Below, piece by piece: positions 41,981 through 54,237 of a stretch of DNA of 64,000 bases (the stretch's first letter is position 1; every line of letters begins with the position of its first letter). The stretch lies in NCBI GenBank assembly GCA_946965045.2, contig OX337235.1, forward strand, positions 310,001-374,000, given 5' to 3'. Origin of the DNA: Epithemia pelagica (lineage: Eukaryota > Protista > Bacillariophyta). Below the pieces are notes generated by a model. That model was not told the origin of the DNA and did no database searches. It was given only the letters and a program-made list of their open reading frames with translations. A program made the position numbers and the translations under genes.

Positions 41981-42108
41981 GGTTCGGTTTCGTGAACTTG
42001 GACCACGCAACGCCGAACTAGAACGATACCAAGTTCGGTTCGGTTTCGTATACGACCACGAACTTGGACCACGCAACGCCGAACTCTCGAACGATATACC
42101 AAGTTCGG
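41981..42108. repeat. Two imperfect tandem units, each a GAACTTGG...CCAAGTTC hairpin
   Basis: GGTTCGGTTTCGT..GAACTTGGACCACGCAACGCCGAACT..GAACGAT..ACCAAGTTCGG occurs twice. Confidence 0.8.
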
Positions 42109-42926
42109 GCATTTCTTTGGTGTACTTTTTCGTACTGGAAGATGGCACTCGACGGTTCTCAATCGTTGCAAGTCAGAGACAGCCTTGACTATCGTCATTC
42201 GTTGTGGAGGCTCGTAGATGTTCCACCACACACAACAGGGAGAAAATGTTACGGATGTCTCTCCTCTCTCATCCCCCTTGTTTCCATGATGAGCGCAACC
42301 TGCCACGCCAAAATTCGAACAGCAGGTCTCGGGTCGATGATTGGGAGAGATGGAAACGCTGTATTGCGAATTATGGGAGTCGGTGACGAAAGAAAAAAGT
42401 TCGGGAGTTTCAGAACAGCCATGCCAAAATCCAGAAATCTCACCAATGCCATGTTGAGTTCAACATCGAATCTCAGGTAGCGGAAAGTAGGAACTGCAAT
42501 GGAATCCTTCATGGAACTCGGCGACTGGTAAAGTTACCTTGATAGACGGACGACGACAGACCTTTTGAGTATACGCCAAAGTGTGACGCGTCTGTCATCG
42601 CCCGTCACTGTGTCGATGTAATGGCGGGTTGAAGATTGTGCCACACCGTCGCACGCCTCTTGAAGAAGACGACGTGATGGAGTCCTTGAACGTTCGCATT
42701 CTTGTATTGACCGTAGGAAAAGGGAAAAGGGCGAACCTTGAGATGTTCCAACCGAACTTTTTCGAACGACCTACCACTTCCGCTTGAAGTTGGAAATCCA
42801 GCAGAGCCAATGGGGAGCCTTACCGTCGAGAACTCGAGAATGCGAGGTTCGTTGGCACTTGACAACGACATCACGTCGGTATCCACGTGAATGGTACAAA
42901 AGAGAGGATGACCCCCCAAAGTAACA

Positions 42927-43637
42927 TTGGATTTCGAACGATTGAGAGAGTTGCGTTTGTCAATGACCGACAAGTGTTGTCGACAGGCACTCACAAAATT
43001 CAAAACGAGCAAAGTCGAACCGGCCACACTGCATCGATTGACGATTATTGTAACCATGAAGCTTGACTTGACATACTCCTCGCAACCGGCTCTCCGACAA
43101 TTGGAACTTTCCGACAAGGATGTTTTGTGTACCAAGGACAAGACCTTGCGTCATCATCCGGGCAATTGCTTCTTTCGAGCGCACATTGACAAAATGCTTC
43201 CAGCCTACAAGAGTGTCACGAGCAAATTGGACAAGATGAACTTGACCAAACAAATTGTCGATGAACTGGAAATGTTTTATGGCATGCGATTTGTCAAATT
43301 CAACGACGAGACTGCCTCCTGGGAACAAGTTGACAGTTCCGTGGCTCGAGAAAAGGTCGGACATACCATTCGGTTTGCCATTCGACGAGAACAAAAGCAA
43401 GCAGTCAAGAAACAGACCAAAACAGCACTCAAAGCAAGAACAATGTGCAAGGTTCGCTCGACCATGGAAGCGTGCCATGTCGTTTCGGATTGCGGCAGTT
43501 CCGATGAAGAGAGCACGGGTGTCTTGGACCAACAAGAACAAGAGACACTCGAACCCACAGCATCGTCTGTGTCTCCTGATTGCACGATAAGCAGCTTGGA
43601 CAACATCATGTCGTCCGTGAATCTTTCTCATGAGTGA
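42927..43637 (+). CDS. DUF6824-domain protein (first likely ATG at 42962 or 43056)
   Basis: DVLC..RHHPGNCFFRAHI..Y..K..LTKQIVDEL..RFVK..WEQV..AREKVGHTIR. Confidence 0.8.
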   Translation: MDFERLRELRLSMTDKCCRQALTKFKTSKVEPATLHRLTIIVTMKLDLTYSSQPALRQLELSDKDVLCTKDKTLRHHPGNCFFRAHIDKMLPAYKSVTSKLDKMNLTKQIVDELEMFYGMRFVKFNDETASWEQVDSSVAREKVGHTIRFAIRREQKQAVKKQTKTALKARTMCKVRSTMEACHVVSDCGSSDEESTGVLDQQEQETLEPTASSVSPDCTISSLDNIMSSVNLSHE

Positions 43638-44534
43638 ATCATGGACAGTGAATTGACACCCATGAGCCAGTCCGAATCCACATTGTTGGTCTGGACCCAA
43701 GAAGACTTTCAGTTCTTGATGAATGAAACGGTCTTGTTTCAAGAATAAAGCGATTTTTTGATTTTGCGTTTTGGGGACTGCTAAGAACCACATCTCACAA
43801 CAATAACGAGCCAAACAACATACGACTAGGCAACTCCTACTTCCCAGTCCCACCACGGTATTCCTCGAAGCATCGTCGTCGTTGTCGTCCACCACCACCA
43901 TCACGTTGGATACATCCCCAAAGACAACAACAAAACAACAACGAGGACAACTGTCTCAATGACACGACCGACTCCTCGTGCTGCTGCTACTACTGCTGCT
44001 GCCGACCCGCAAGTCATTGAAGTGTACATGTCATCATACGACCCTAGTAGGAATAGTGGTATTCGTAACAGCAGCAGCAGCAGCAGGAGGAAGATACCCG
44101 ACACCACCACCACCACAACACGCTGGGATTCCTCCGGTTGCTTTGTCATCGTCTTCTTCTTCTCGTTTGCCAACAGGTGGTCCAGCAGGAGGACGACCAT
44201 GGAGTCGTCGTTGTCTTCGTCGCGTGCCGTCGAGGTGTGCTGGACGACCTAGGTAGTGTATCCATACAATCGCTACGATGAATCCGGTACTCCTAGTAGA
44301 GAGAGCAGACAAGAGGAAAAGACATGTGTGTATGTGTGTGTATGTTGAGTGATCTAGACTTTGTATAGGGAGAGATATGACATCACCATCTATTAGTACG
44401 AGTAGAGAGAGGATGGTTGCATCGACAAAGATGGCCTGTATCAAATGTATCATGCAGACTGATGCTGTCCCATTCCCCTTACACTCGTTGTTCTCGACAA
44501 GAATTTCTTCCAAGCCGATGGGATTGACTCGCAT

Positions 44535-45713
44535 CTAAGATTGGGGATAGATCTTTTGGAGCTTTTGAACGATCATGCCCCGACAAGGCTCGTCGAGGGT
44601 TTCAACTCCTTTTTCTTTGAGCCCGCGAATCACCGCGTCAACTGCATTCTCAAACGTCACAAAAGTAACTTCGCCCGAAGTTTCTGCGAAAAAACTAATT
44701 TTTTGTTTGACATCTCGCTTGGTAGCTGAGAATGTTCGTTCAGCGGTAGACTCTCCTCTACTGTCTCTGTTCGACTTTGTCGGTGTTTCGTAGAGCGCCT
44801 TCAAGAACCGTCCATTTTGAACAACAACATTGCGAGCACTTGGCATCATGTTCATGAGGGTTTCATGCTCTGTCTTACTGATGTAGAGCACGGTGGCCTG
44901 GAGTCCAACGAGGACCAATGGACGGATTGTTTTGACCGGAAAAATTTGCAACGTTTCATTTTTTAAGGCTTTGCTATGGCTAGGCCCCTGCCACTTAAAC
45001 GCATTCTCAATGTTGTCACGGGGATGTTGTTTGATCAAAGTAAGAAAGTCTAGTATGTCGGAGCAAATTCGGGTCGTGGCATACTGAATACTCTGAAGGG
45101 ATCGCTTCTTTTCTAGAAACGGGTTGGTTCCTGGATTGGAGTTATTCTCAAGATATGCCCGAACCGCCTCGTAGATGGCGGTCTCAAAGAGAGAGTATTC
45201 CTTTGCGGGCTCGAAGGCGTTGGATATGTAGTTGAGGCGTCCTTCTAGCATCTCGATTCGTTTCGTGTTATCTTCGACTTCAGATTTTAGGTCTTCGTTT
45301 TGTTTCTTGTTGTCTTCGACTTCAGATTTTAGGTCTTCGTTTTGTTTCTTGTTGTCTTCGACTTGAGATTTTAGGTTTTCGACTTCAGATCTGAGGAATT
45401 TGAGGTAGCCAACAACTTCCTCAGGCAAGCCATGGCTACTTGCTAACCAATCTTCCGCAATCCTTTTCATTGTCTCGCTTTGCCCCATTGGTTCGGATGC
45501 CAACATTTTCGACTGTTTTCGTCCAGTGGAGTTTGGAAGTGTTTTATCCTTCTGGGAGGTTTCCAATTGAATGTTGTCAACAGAATCATTTGTCTGAGCG
45601 TTATCCATTGAATCTGTTTCGATCTTCTTTGACGTTTTACAAATGATGCGGTCACTACATGCACTCGTTTGAGCGTGCTCGAAAGGTCTTTTCTTGCTGC
45701 TGTTGCGGTCCAT
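44535..45713 (-). CDS. Hypothetical protein with central coiled coil built from 14-aa repeats (SEVEDNKKQNEDLK)
   Basis: Open frame from ATG 45713; 42-bp perfect repeats at 45271-45312 and 45313-45354 plus a partial copy. Confidence 0.65.
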   Translation of the reverse strand: MDRNSSKKRPFEHAQTSACSDRIICKTSKKIETDSMDNAQTNDSVDNIQLETSQKDKTLPNSTGRKQSKMLASEPMGQSETMKRIAEDWLASSHGLPEEVVGYLKFLRSEVENLKSQVEDNKKQNEDLKSEVEDNKKQNEDLKSEVEDNTKRIEMLEGRLNYISNAFEPAKEYSLFETAIYEAVRAYLENNSNPGTNPFLEKKRSLQSIQYATTRICSDILDFLTLIKQHPRDNIENAFKWQGPSHSKALKNETLQIFPVKTIRPLVLVGLQATVLYISKTEHETLMNMMPSARNVVVQNGRFLKALYETPTKSNRDSRGESTAERTFSATKRDVKQKISFFAETSGEVTFVTFENAVDAVIRGLKEKGVETLDEPCRGMIVQKLQKIYPQS

Positions 45714-46184
45714 CGTCACGATTCCTTTTGCGTTGAAATGTAAGTGCAAGGGGAAAGAAGAAAAAGAGTGAAACGGCGGGTAAGCATGAGAGATGAGAGA
45801 TTCCGTGCACGTTTGATTATTTCAAATTTCAAAAAGCGAATGGATTTGAAAAGGAGACGGTCTGTCCGCTTTCCGACTAGGTATTCACCGAGTAGCCAAT
45901 ATAGAGGACTCTATCGACTCCTCTCTAGCTAGAGAGTACTACTACACGTAAAGCACAACAACACGATGACTTCACTAAAAACACAAGGAAAAGAAGACTT
46001 TTCTTATCATATTGGCGTAGAAAAAAAAAAAAACAGCCCCGATATTGCTCCGTTCCAATGATACAAATGCGAACGAAGTGAAGATAGAAGTACATCCTTA
46101 TATGGAGCAAATCTTTGATGCTTCTACCACGACCTATTCATCCTTGAGATAGCTCGTGGTACAAAGAAGCGTCTCTCCGGTGAT

Positions 46185-47960
46185 TTAGTGCTCCGAAGGT
46201 TCATCAAGGTCAAATCCCTCGGACACGCTTAGCTTGTTCCTGTTTTTCCGGGGAGAAAGGGATTCGTCGTGCTCCGAATCGTCACCATGATGATGTGATT
46301 TGGACTTGTGCTTCTTTTTCTTCTTCTTCTTCTTTTTCTTCTTGAGGGATTCACTGGCGCCACTATGGGCTGAATCATCTCGAAGACTTCTTGATGATCC
46401 CGTTTTATTGAATGACTTTTGAAATGGAGTTGAAGGGTCTTCAAAATCATCCCCATTGCTACGACTAGATTCATCACGCTCTTCACTCTTTCCTACGGCT
46501 TGCATCTCCAAATCCCTGATTTTGTTCCGGGGAGAAAGGGATTCGTCGTGCTCCGAATCGTCACCATGATGATGTGATTTGGACTTGTGCTTCTTTTTCT
46601 TCTTCTTCTTCTTTTTCTTCTTGAGGGATTCACTGGCGCCACTATGGGCTGAATCATCTCGAAGACTTCTTGATGATCCCGTTTTATTGAATGACTTTTG
46701 AAACGGAGTTGAAGGGTCTTCAAAATCATCCCCATTGCTACGACTAGATTCATCACGCTCTTCACTCTTTCCTACGGCTTGCATCTCCAAATCCCTGATT
46801 TTGTTAAGCGCGCGTTGGGACGCATGAGATTCAGGCTCCGAAGAGGGCGCCATGTTGGACTGGGCATAGAGACTGCGTCTTGAATGCCTTGACCCTTTAT
46901 CCAATCCAGCTCGGCTGCTCCGACGCCTCTGCATCTTGCCCTGGTTATCGACACTTTGACGACGGGGAGGTCTCCGGGCGTCTTCCGCTTGATTTTCCTG
47001 GCCATCGGTTCCATCGTAGCTGCGTTCATTTCCGGAAATTGGGTCGAATCCCATTTTACTCGGCCCAGTTGATGCTTGATCTGCTTCTTTTCCAGAGAAG
47101 GGGTCAAAGTTTGATGGGGCGGTCTCCGGTGCGGCGTCATCCTCTCCGAAACCACCAATATCAAAGCCTCCGCTTCGGTGGCTTCCGTGACGCTTCAACA
47201 ACTCTGGTCCGAAAAGATCAGATGACTTATCGCCACGGGCCTTGCTCGAAGGAAGGAGACTTGATTCATTATATCCCTCGCTCGATGTGGTCGAAGCCTC
47301 GTCCACAAATCGATCGGAGTTTGTCGTAAAGCTCTCGCCGCGGCTCAAGAATCCCTTCCTCGAAGATTTTTTCTTCTTCATCTTTTTGTCGTTATTCTCT
47401 TCTTCCGCATCTCCTTGTCCAATGGTTATCTGTTTGGGAGGCTCGGAAGGCTGTTCACCACGCAAAATTGCTTTCATTCGGGCACGTTCTTCACGGCGTT
47501 CTCGTTTCTCCGCTTCCTTCTTTCTCTTTTTCTTGACGTGCTTGACCGTGCAGTAAAGAATAGTAAGGAGCATGACAGCTCCCTCTACAACTCCTACAGC
47601 AATAAAGACCCCCGTATCAATGGATTCGGCAGCATTAAGGCCGAGAGTAACGCCCTTGTCAATCATATCCTCTTCACTTGTCGGGGCCGGAGTAGGGGCT
47701 TTGGTGATTTTGTCCGCCTGCACAATCATTGTCAAGTCCGACGCTCCTGCAAAATATTTGTGCCGATCGTTTTCTGAGATGGGACCGGGGTAGTTCATGT
47801 TGTACTTGAGGACTTCAAAAAACTCTGGTTCAAACTGCTCAAACGCACGTCGGATGCGTCTGGCAAAGTCGACGTTGGTGTCGGAGGCAATGACAGCACC
47901 TGTGATGGTACCATCACCTCTCAGGCAAGCTCCCTCCATCCAGTACTTATGAAATGCCAA
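46185..47960 (-). CDS. Single-pass membrane protein with long charged tail; 5' end not identifiable
   Basis: PTPAPT linker, TM segment VFIAVGVVEGAVMLLTILYCTV, then basic stop-transfer KKKRKK. No in-frame ATG upstream of 47939. Confidence 0.6.
   Translation of the reverse strand: MAFHKYWMEGACLRGDGTITGAVIASDTNVDFARRIRRAFEQFEPEFFEVLKYNMNYPGPISENDRHKYFAGASDLTMIVQADKITKAPTPAPTSEEDMIDKGVTLGLNAAESIDTGVFIAVGVVEGAVMLLTILYCTVKHVKKKRKKEAEKRERREERARMKAILRGEQPSEPPKQITIGQGDAEEENNDKKMKKKKSSRKGFLSRGESFTTNSDRFVDEASTTSSEGYNESSLLPSSKARGDKSSDLFGPELLKRHGSHRSGGFDIGGFGEDDAAPETAPSNFDPFSGKEADQASTGPSKMGFDPISGNERSYDGTDGQENQAEDARRPPRRQSVDNQGKMQRRRSSRAGLDKGSRHSRRSLYAQSNMAPSSEPESHASQRALNKIRDLEMQAVGKSEERDESSRSNGDDFEDPSTPFQKSFNKTGSSRSLRDDSAHSGASESLKKKKKKKKKKKHKSKSHHHGDDSEHDESLSPRNKIRDLEMQAVGKSEERDESSRSNGDDFEDPSTPFQKSFNKTGSSRSLRDDSAHSGASESLKKKKKKKKKKKHKSKSHHHGDDSEHDESLSPRKNRNKLSVSEGFDLDEPSEH
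46246..46805. repeat. 279-bp (93-codon) tandem duplication inside the membrane-protein tail
   Basis: Two copies offset by 279 bp; one synonymous difference seen (gaaatggag vs gaaacggag). Confidence 0.93.
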
Positions 47961-48063
47961 GAACTCGGTTTTGACCGTGTGGGTGAAAGTAACCCTATTT
48001 TGTCTTCGAGGGATCTTTCGAACGAGCCGATTATCATTGATTTGACCCCCCCAGCTTCAAACA

Positions 48064-49328
48064 ATGGAAGTACCACCATCGCCTCCCACCGAGGGCTCCG
48101 ATGAAGATAAAAACAACAGGAAACGTGCTGTTGCTGATGGGCTTGTTCGATCTGTTAAAGAACAAGAAACAGTTGATTCAGAGCTCACCCGTCAACAACT
48201 CACTGCCGAACTTCGAGAAGCAACAAATTTGATGACCGACTCAGAGAACCCGGAAACCTCACTATTCTGGAGAAACCATGTTTTGGATCTACAAAATAGG
48301 TTGCTCACGATACAAGGTGAAGATCAACAGTCTCATACCCATCCCGATGAAATTTTGGAAAGGAACCACAAACTCCTTTCTGAGTTTCAGAACAGGGAGC
48401 AGTACTCACCACCAAGCTACACGGAGAGCCAACAAGAAGCAGTCGTTCCTAGCACTCAAGATCAACATCACCATACCAGTATCCATGATAATGCTGAAGA
48501 CCAGTCGCGCATGGTTGATGTTATTTCGCCTGCTGATCTCCCAGGTGGATATCACTTCGAAGCGGAAATCGAGGGCCAGCGCTTTCTGGCCACGGTGCCA
48601 CCATGCGGCGTCCGGCAAGGGGAGACCTTCACGTCGGTAATGCGAGAGCTTGATTCCGTTGCCATCGATATACCCGTTGCGTACTGGAAAGACGGGATGA
48701 CGAGTGCCTGCAAACATGGTTGCTGTCACCCGTCCATTTGGAATGCTATTTTTTGCCCATTGAGTAAGTGTGAAACCCTCTTCTACTTTCATTATCGCGA
48801 TGGATGCTTACTTACTATTATTTTTGCATTTTAACAGTCGCACTAGCGCAGATCGGCCAACGCATTCAGCTCGACTTTTTGGGACGGCCGCAACACCCGC
48901 AGAGCGAACATCCGTACTACTCAAACAGAACTATGATGAGTATTGTGATTCTATTCTGGTTCATGGTGAACTGTGGATTGATTGCTGGTTGTGTCTACAA
49001 GTGGAAACTCGCTTTGGAAGTCAGCTTTGCCGATTATTCGGCCCTCGCGTTGATCAATGTTGCGATGGTTGGCTTCACCATATTTGTCACGCAGTCTACC
49101 CGATACAGCTTACGAGACAAGTTTTTGATTAGGGAGGAACGTTGCTACGATCTCGAGGACGTCTTTTGCTCGATTTTCTGTCTCCCCTGTGTTGTTTGCC
49201 AAATGCAACGGCACACTGCTAACTATGATGAACATGATGCAGTGTGCTGCTCGAAAACTGGTCTTCCAGATGGCGTTGGCTTGCTAACAGACAACAACCC
49301 GGAAAAATCATCCGCATTTATTGTGTAA
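48064..49328 (+). CDS. PLAC8-family Cys-rich membrane protein; exons 48064-48763 and 48838-49328
   Basis: GTAAGT..AACAG intron gives FCPL-IALAQIGQR. WKDGM..CCHPS..FCP and EDVFCSIFCLPCVVCQMQRH; two hydrophobic segments. Confidence 0.85.
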
Positions 49329-49490
49329 GACAGAAAATTGTCGAAGACGCAACATCTTCAAGAAATTATAAATCATAATCGTTTACCATCTACTCACAAA
49401 TTACAGATTAGTGGCCAACCTCACTCATCATCCACCATCAATTCAACGGTCTGACCTTAGGACAGAGACGGGTGGATATCCCACCCAAAA

Positions 49491-52400
49491 TCAATAGTGT
49501 GACCTTAGGACAGACGGGTGAATATCGTTTGACTCATAAAAAGCCTGCAAGAGGTCCAGTTCAAGCACGTGCACACCACAGGCGTCTGAACAGAAGCGCG
49601 AGTCAAATCTCGCGTTCTTGTTGCAATCTTCACGAATACATTTTTTGCAAGTAAGTTTAGAACTTTCGTCGTTGCCGTCTGATGTCTCTTTCGTCTGCTT
49701 GTGACTGTCCAAACGTCGAATCGACGGAGAAAAACCGAAGCTATCAAATTCTTCATCCGTATAGCATGGATCAAATAGATTCTTGTACTCTTCTTCAAAC
49801 CCGACTGGTACAGGTCGTTTGGTATCACGCAACAGAAAAAGGAGCATATTGTGGCGATCTGTTTGACCCTCCGCGTCCTCGACGGCGACGAGGAGTCTTT
49901 CCAGCTCTTTGGTTCGAACACGTTGTCGCTCCTTTGTTCGATATCCATACCCTCTCCCAAGACGTGTAAGTAAGTCAGCCCATTGCTTCTCCGCTTTGTC
50001 ATGGCGAGCTTGCACACTTCTCGTGTGTCCCCCGACGTGAGTTGCCGACACACTGCCGAGGGGCCACTTGTAAGTTCCACCGTGTTTTGAAAACGACATG
50101 CTTCGCATGACCGCAGTTGTGGAAAGACCACGCCTCAGCTGTTCCATTCTTTGACGTTCAATCCTTGCCTTGGCCATTGGATATTCTTTTATGATCTCCT
50201 TCTCTTGGTGACATTGCTCACAAATGGCAACAAAGGGTTCATTCGCGTTCTTACGGACGGAATAGGGCTCGAAGTGACCGCCACAAACTGCATGACGCCA
50301 AGTACCGCATATTGAGCAACATACCATCATCTCTCCAGGGTAACATTCAGTTACTTGAAAGCAATATACGAGCTCGGCCAATGAACCAACATTCTTTCGT
50401 TTCAACCGATGGAGTCGACAGTGCGGAATCTTTTCAAGAACACCCGGTTCCAGTTCTGTCTCGAGGCGTTCGTCAATTTTCTTTTCGTTGACGCGAAGGC
50501 ATGTCGGATTGGACTTCAGTAACAGGTCTCGCGGGTCTTCAAAAGCATCCTCGTCACTTGTTTCACCAGCGTGTCGACGTTCTCGACGGCGACCAGCGGT
50601 GGAAGGCCACCACGTATCCACTGGGTAAGGATAATCCAATACATTTGACTTCCTCTTTTGGGTCTCTTGTCTGCCCTCTTTCACGCCAACCTTGCCCATC
50701 ATCTGGTTTTCGTCTTGCTGTCCCGTTTGATCTTCGTTTTCAGCGTGCTCATCGCCTTTCTGGTTCTCGATTACCATTACATCTTCCTGTTCACCCAAGA
50801 AGGCGTTGCCATGGCTGACTCCAATTTCTTCATTCAAAACTGGTTCCTCAGGCAAACTCGGGAAGTAAGATTCCAACATGCTTGTAACAATGGATTGGGC
50901 AGGGGGTCGATCATGAGGCGGATGTCCATCTTCAGGCGAAGGCTTGGTTGGAGCTTTATCTTCTTTTTCTTCGTCTTCCGTCCATTGTTTATCCTTCAAA
51001 AACTGCAATACATGAGCAGCTTCAAACGCTTTTTCTTCAGAATTTGCTGCGGCAAGCAACTCTACAACCGTCCCCAACCTCGACGAGCCCTCCTCAATAC
51101 GACGAACAGGCGCGTGTTTCCCTTCCTTTCGCGAAGCCGAAGCGAACAAAGCGACAGTCGAACCCGGCGCCAGTGAAAGAAGCGCCGAAGCACCAGTTCC
51201 ACCAGAAAAAGGAGGAATGCTACCCTCCATTTTCCCTTCACTATTGTCGTCGATAACAATCTCTACTCTCTCATTCATTGTAGTACCGCTACTGCTTTCG
51301 CCGGTGTGCATTCCATCGGGTAGGCCGGGTGCATCATTTTCTGATTTCATTCCAGCAGCACGTTCGGCCATTGCTTGAAGGATCGCTTCTGCTCTCATTC
51401 GTTGTTCTTCCTCATCTACCACCTCTTTTTTCTTTTTCGCTGCCTTGATAGAAGTAATAGAATCAGCTGGCTTGCGGGGGCGTCCTCGTTTCCGTTTTCC
51501 GGGAAGTTTTTGGTCTCCGTCAGCGGCCGAAGCTCGGGACGACTTGCCCTTTTCTTTCTTGCCACTAGGACGTGAATCAGGACCTTGTTTCTGGTGCTGC
51601 GCAATCACATAATCTTCGAGTTCCACGCTGTCAACCGAGTTCTTGCGGGACAAGGGGAGCCGTTCCGCGGTTTCTTCTGAGACACTCCCCACCGATTCCG
51701 ATGTCGCAGCCACAGCAGCAGCTGCAACGGCAATGCCTGGAGCAACCGGTGGCGATGTGCTAGAATTCCTTCCAGCAACAGCAGCACTGGGTACCGGAGC
51801 AACGGCAGGGGGCTGTGGAGGCGGTGCCGGAACAGCACCTGGACCGACTCCTGCGTTTCGTAATACCAGGTCCAGACTTGACATAGGTCCACTTCCTCGG
51901 AGATGTGCATGAAGCGCCGCAGTCTGTTGCTGCTGATTATGTTGTTGTTGCTGCTGTTGTTGGTGCCTCAATTCTTCTTGGTAACGTAATTGCGCTTGGG
52001 CTGCGGCTTGAACTGAAGCATGATGGGTGGGGTGCGCAAAGGCGGCATGAGCCGACTGCGGGACCGAAGTCGCACCGGCTGCAGCGGCTGCCGCAGCATA
52101 CTGTTGCTCTTGAGCTACGGCCGCTGCTTGTCGCGCACGATAAGCCGCTGCAGCAGCTTGTTGCTCCACCTGCTCTGCTCCTCGAGCAATTCGCTCTTTC
52201 AACAAGAGACTGGCGTAGTGTTGCTGAAGATCCGGCAATTGCTCTAGCTCGGCCACGGCGTTTGCGCGCATCTGCAATTCGTGCAATTGGTGGTCCAATT
52301 GATCTTGATACAAGGCATTCCTGTAGCGAATATCGCGATGCTGTTGCTCCAGTCGTTGCTGTTGTTCCACATAAAGATTGGCTGACAATTCATCCACACT

Positions 52401-52700
52401 GGGCAAGCCCAACGCAGCTCGCATTTGGGCATTTGTTACCTGGAAATGATAAGCAAATTTCACCAATTTCAGAAACAAAACAACCCAATTTCATGTTCTC
52501 GGCAAACATCAAAACCAAACACAAGAACACGACAGAGCTCACACGAACAAGTTTCACGCAAGAAAATCACGATCCGTTTGCACCCGAAGTAGATATCACC
52601 AAGCCGTCCGTAATGATCTTCCAATCTCTCAACCTCAGGTACTTACCCTGCCAGGATTTCCAGGATTCCCGTTAGGATCGAAAGGGAATCTTCCAGCCAT
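49491..52700 (-). CDS. Nuclear chromatin protein with AT-hook, PHD-like finger and Spp1/CFP1-like C-terminal Cys cluster; exons 52700-52647 and 52439-49491
   Basis: ATG at 52700 and GTAAGT..CCAG phase-0 intron. KRGRPRK; MVCCSICGTWRHAVC..ICEQC; CIREDCNKNARFDSRFCSDACG. Q/A-rich N-terminus. Confidence 0.75.
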
Positions 52701-53442
52701 GGTGTTCAATAGCGTTCAATGGATATCGACAAATTGGACCGGGAACTTCCAATGTCGGCGCTGTTATGTTTTTGTGGATAAAAAAGGGAAAAGTGTGAGG
52801 CAACAAGCAAGCCAGGGACGACTGGGCCAAACCCCAAAAGCGCTGCAACGAAACAACGAAGGGGACTTGTTCCATAGCCACGCGTATTTTCGATTTTATA
52901 TATAGAAATGGAGTGTAAGTTCCATACAGTAATATATTGAAAATGTAACGGTAACAGTTATAAGGCAATTGTCAGATAATCCCAAAACTGTCCGCCAAGA
53001 TACACTACAAAAACTGATACTATCTTCCAGTCAGTACCGAAAGCCGTGAAATTAAAAGGCCCTTCCGAATATGATACACTCTAGCACTTTGAACAGCAGA
53101 TATCCATTGCAGAATATTAAGCTTCTCTTCCTTGTCGCGCTGAGGCGTGATAGACCACCATAGAGCTACAATATTTTCCCACTTGAAGAAACTATGACCC
53201 ACACTATTACTCGTACTCCTACAACCGATCAAGAATCAAGATATCACAGATCAAAGGAGTACGAGTAGGTAGATGATAGATGATAGGAGTAGAGTTTTAT
53301 GAATCAGAAGCATCAACAATCAACATAGTCGAAGCAGATAACAGCATACTCCCACTCCTCTAGTAGGCAATAGGATCTATGCCTACGGATATAAAGTTTC
53401 ACCAACACATCTTCCATCACCATGACGATGAACAATCAGCTC

Positions 53443-54237
53443 CTATTTCTTCTTGTCACCTCCTACGCCTCTCAAAACTTGCAATATTGATCCAAAGTCT
53501 TGCGTCCCTTTCCCTTGAAGAGAGCACATTTGGTATAACTCTTTGGAGGTGGAAGTGAGAGGGAGTGCCACGTGTTTCTCGCTAGCCACTTGCATTGCCA
53601 AGCCCAAATCTTTGAGCATAAGGTTAGTCACGAACCCACCCTGGTAGTTCCGCGATGCGGGGGCTCCTGTTGCAGCTGCTACCTCGGGATGGGGATTGTT
53701 CACTTTGGAACTCCAGCAGGCGGCAGTGGAGGAATTGAGAACCGACGAGAGCACAACTGGATCCACACCCAAGGATTCACCCAAATTGAGTGCCTCGCTT
53801 ATACCAATCATTTGACAAGCCAAGGCCAAGTTATTACAAAGCTTGGTAGCTGCTCCAGCACCGACCTCAGGACCGCATTCAATGACCCGAGATCCCATCT
53901 GCTCCAAGACGAAATGAACGTCAATGCTACTCTTGGGTAGGGAAGAGCATCCCCCGAGCATAAAGGTAAGGGTGCCATCTGTCGCACCTTTCACTCCTCC
54001 ACTTACAGGTGCATCGTACATTGTTGCGGTCCCGGCTTCGGCTAGAATTTGGGCCATTTCACTGGATGTGGAAGGACTTACGGTGGAACAGTCTATGACC
54101 ACTCGTTTCTCCAAAGATTTGCCGTCTTGCTGCCAGCAGCCATGTAAAGTCTTCAAAACAGACTTCATTGCTGAATCTCCTGGTAACATAGTGATAACTG
54201 GTGACCACAATTGTTGCCTCAACATCTTTTGTACCAT
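53443..54237 (-). pseudogene. HIBADH: 3-hydroxyisobutyrate dehydrogenase, C-terminal ~80% only; N-terminal GxGxxG exon not found
   Basis: VITMLPG, IDCSTV, DAPVSGGVKGA..GTLTFMLGG, GAGAATKLCNN, YQGGF..LMLKDLGLA. The product is secure; pseudogene status is not. Confidence 0.7.

Noticed and set aside
41113-42512. Several 70-200 aa ORFs, including the one with HELGPRNAEL twice
   Set aside because: The repeat is better explained at the DNA level as hairpin units, and no domain is evident.
46185-46805. Silaffin-like biosilica protein
   Set aside because: The poly-Lys module lies after the TM segment on the predicted cytosolic side and lacks KxxK/RxL silaffin organisation or a signal peptide.
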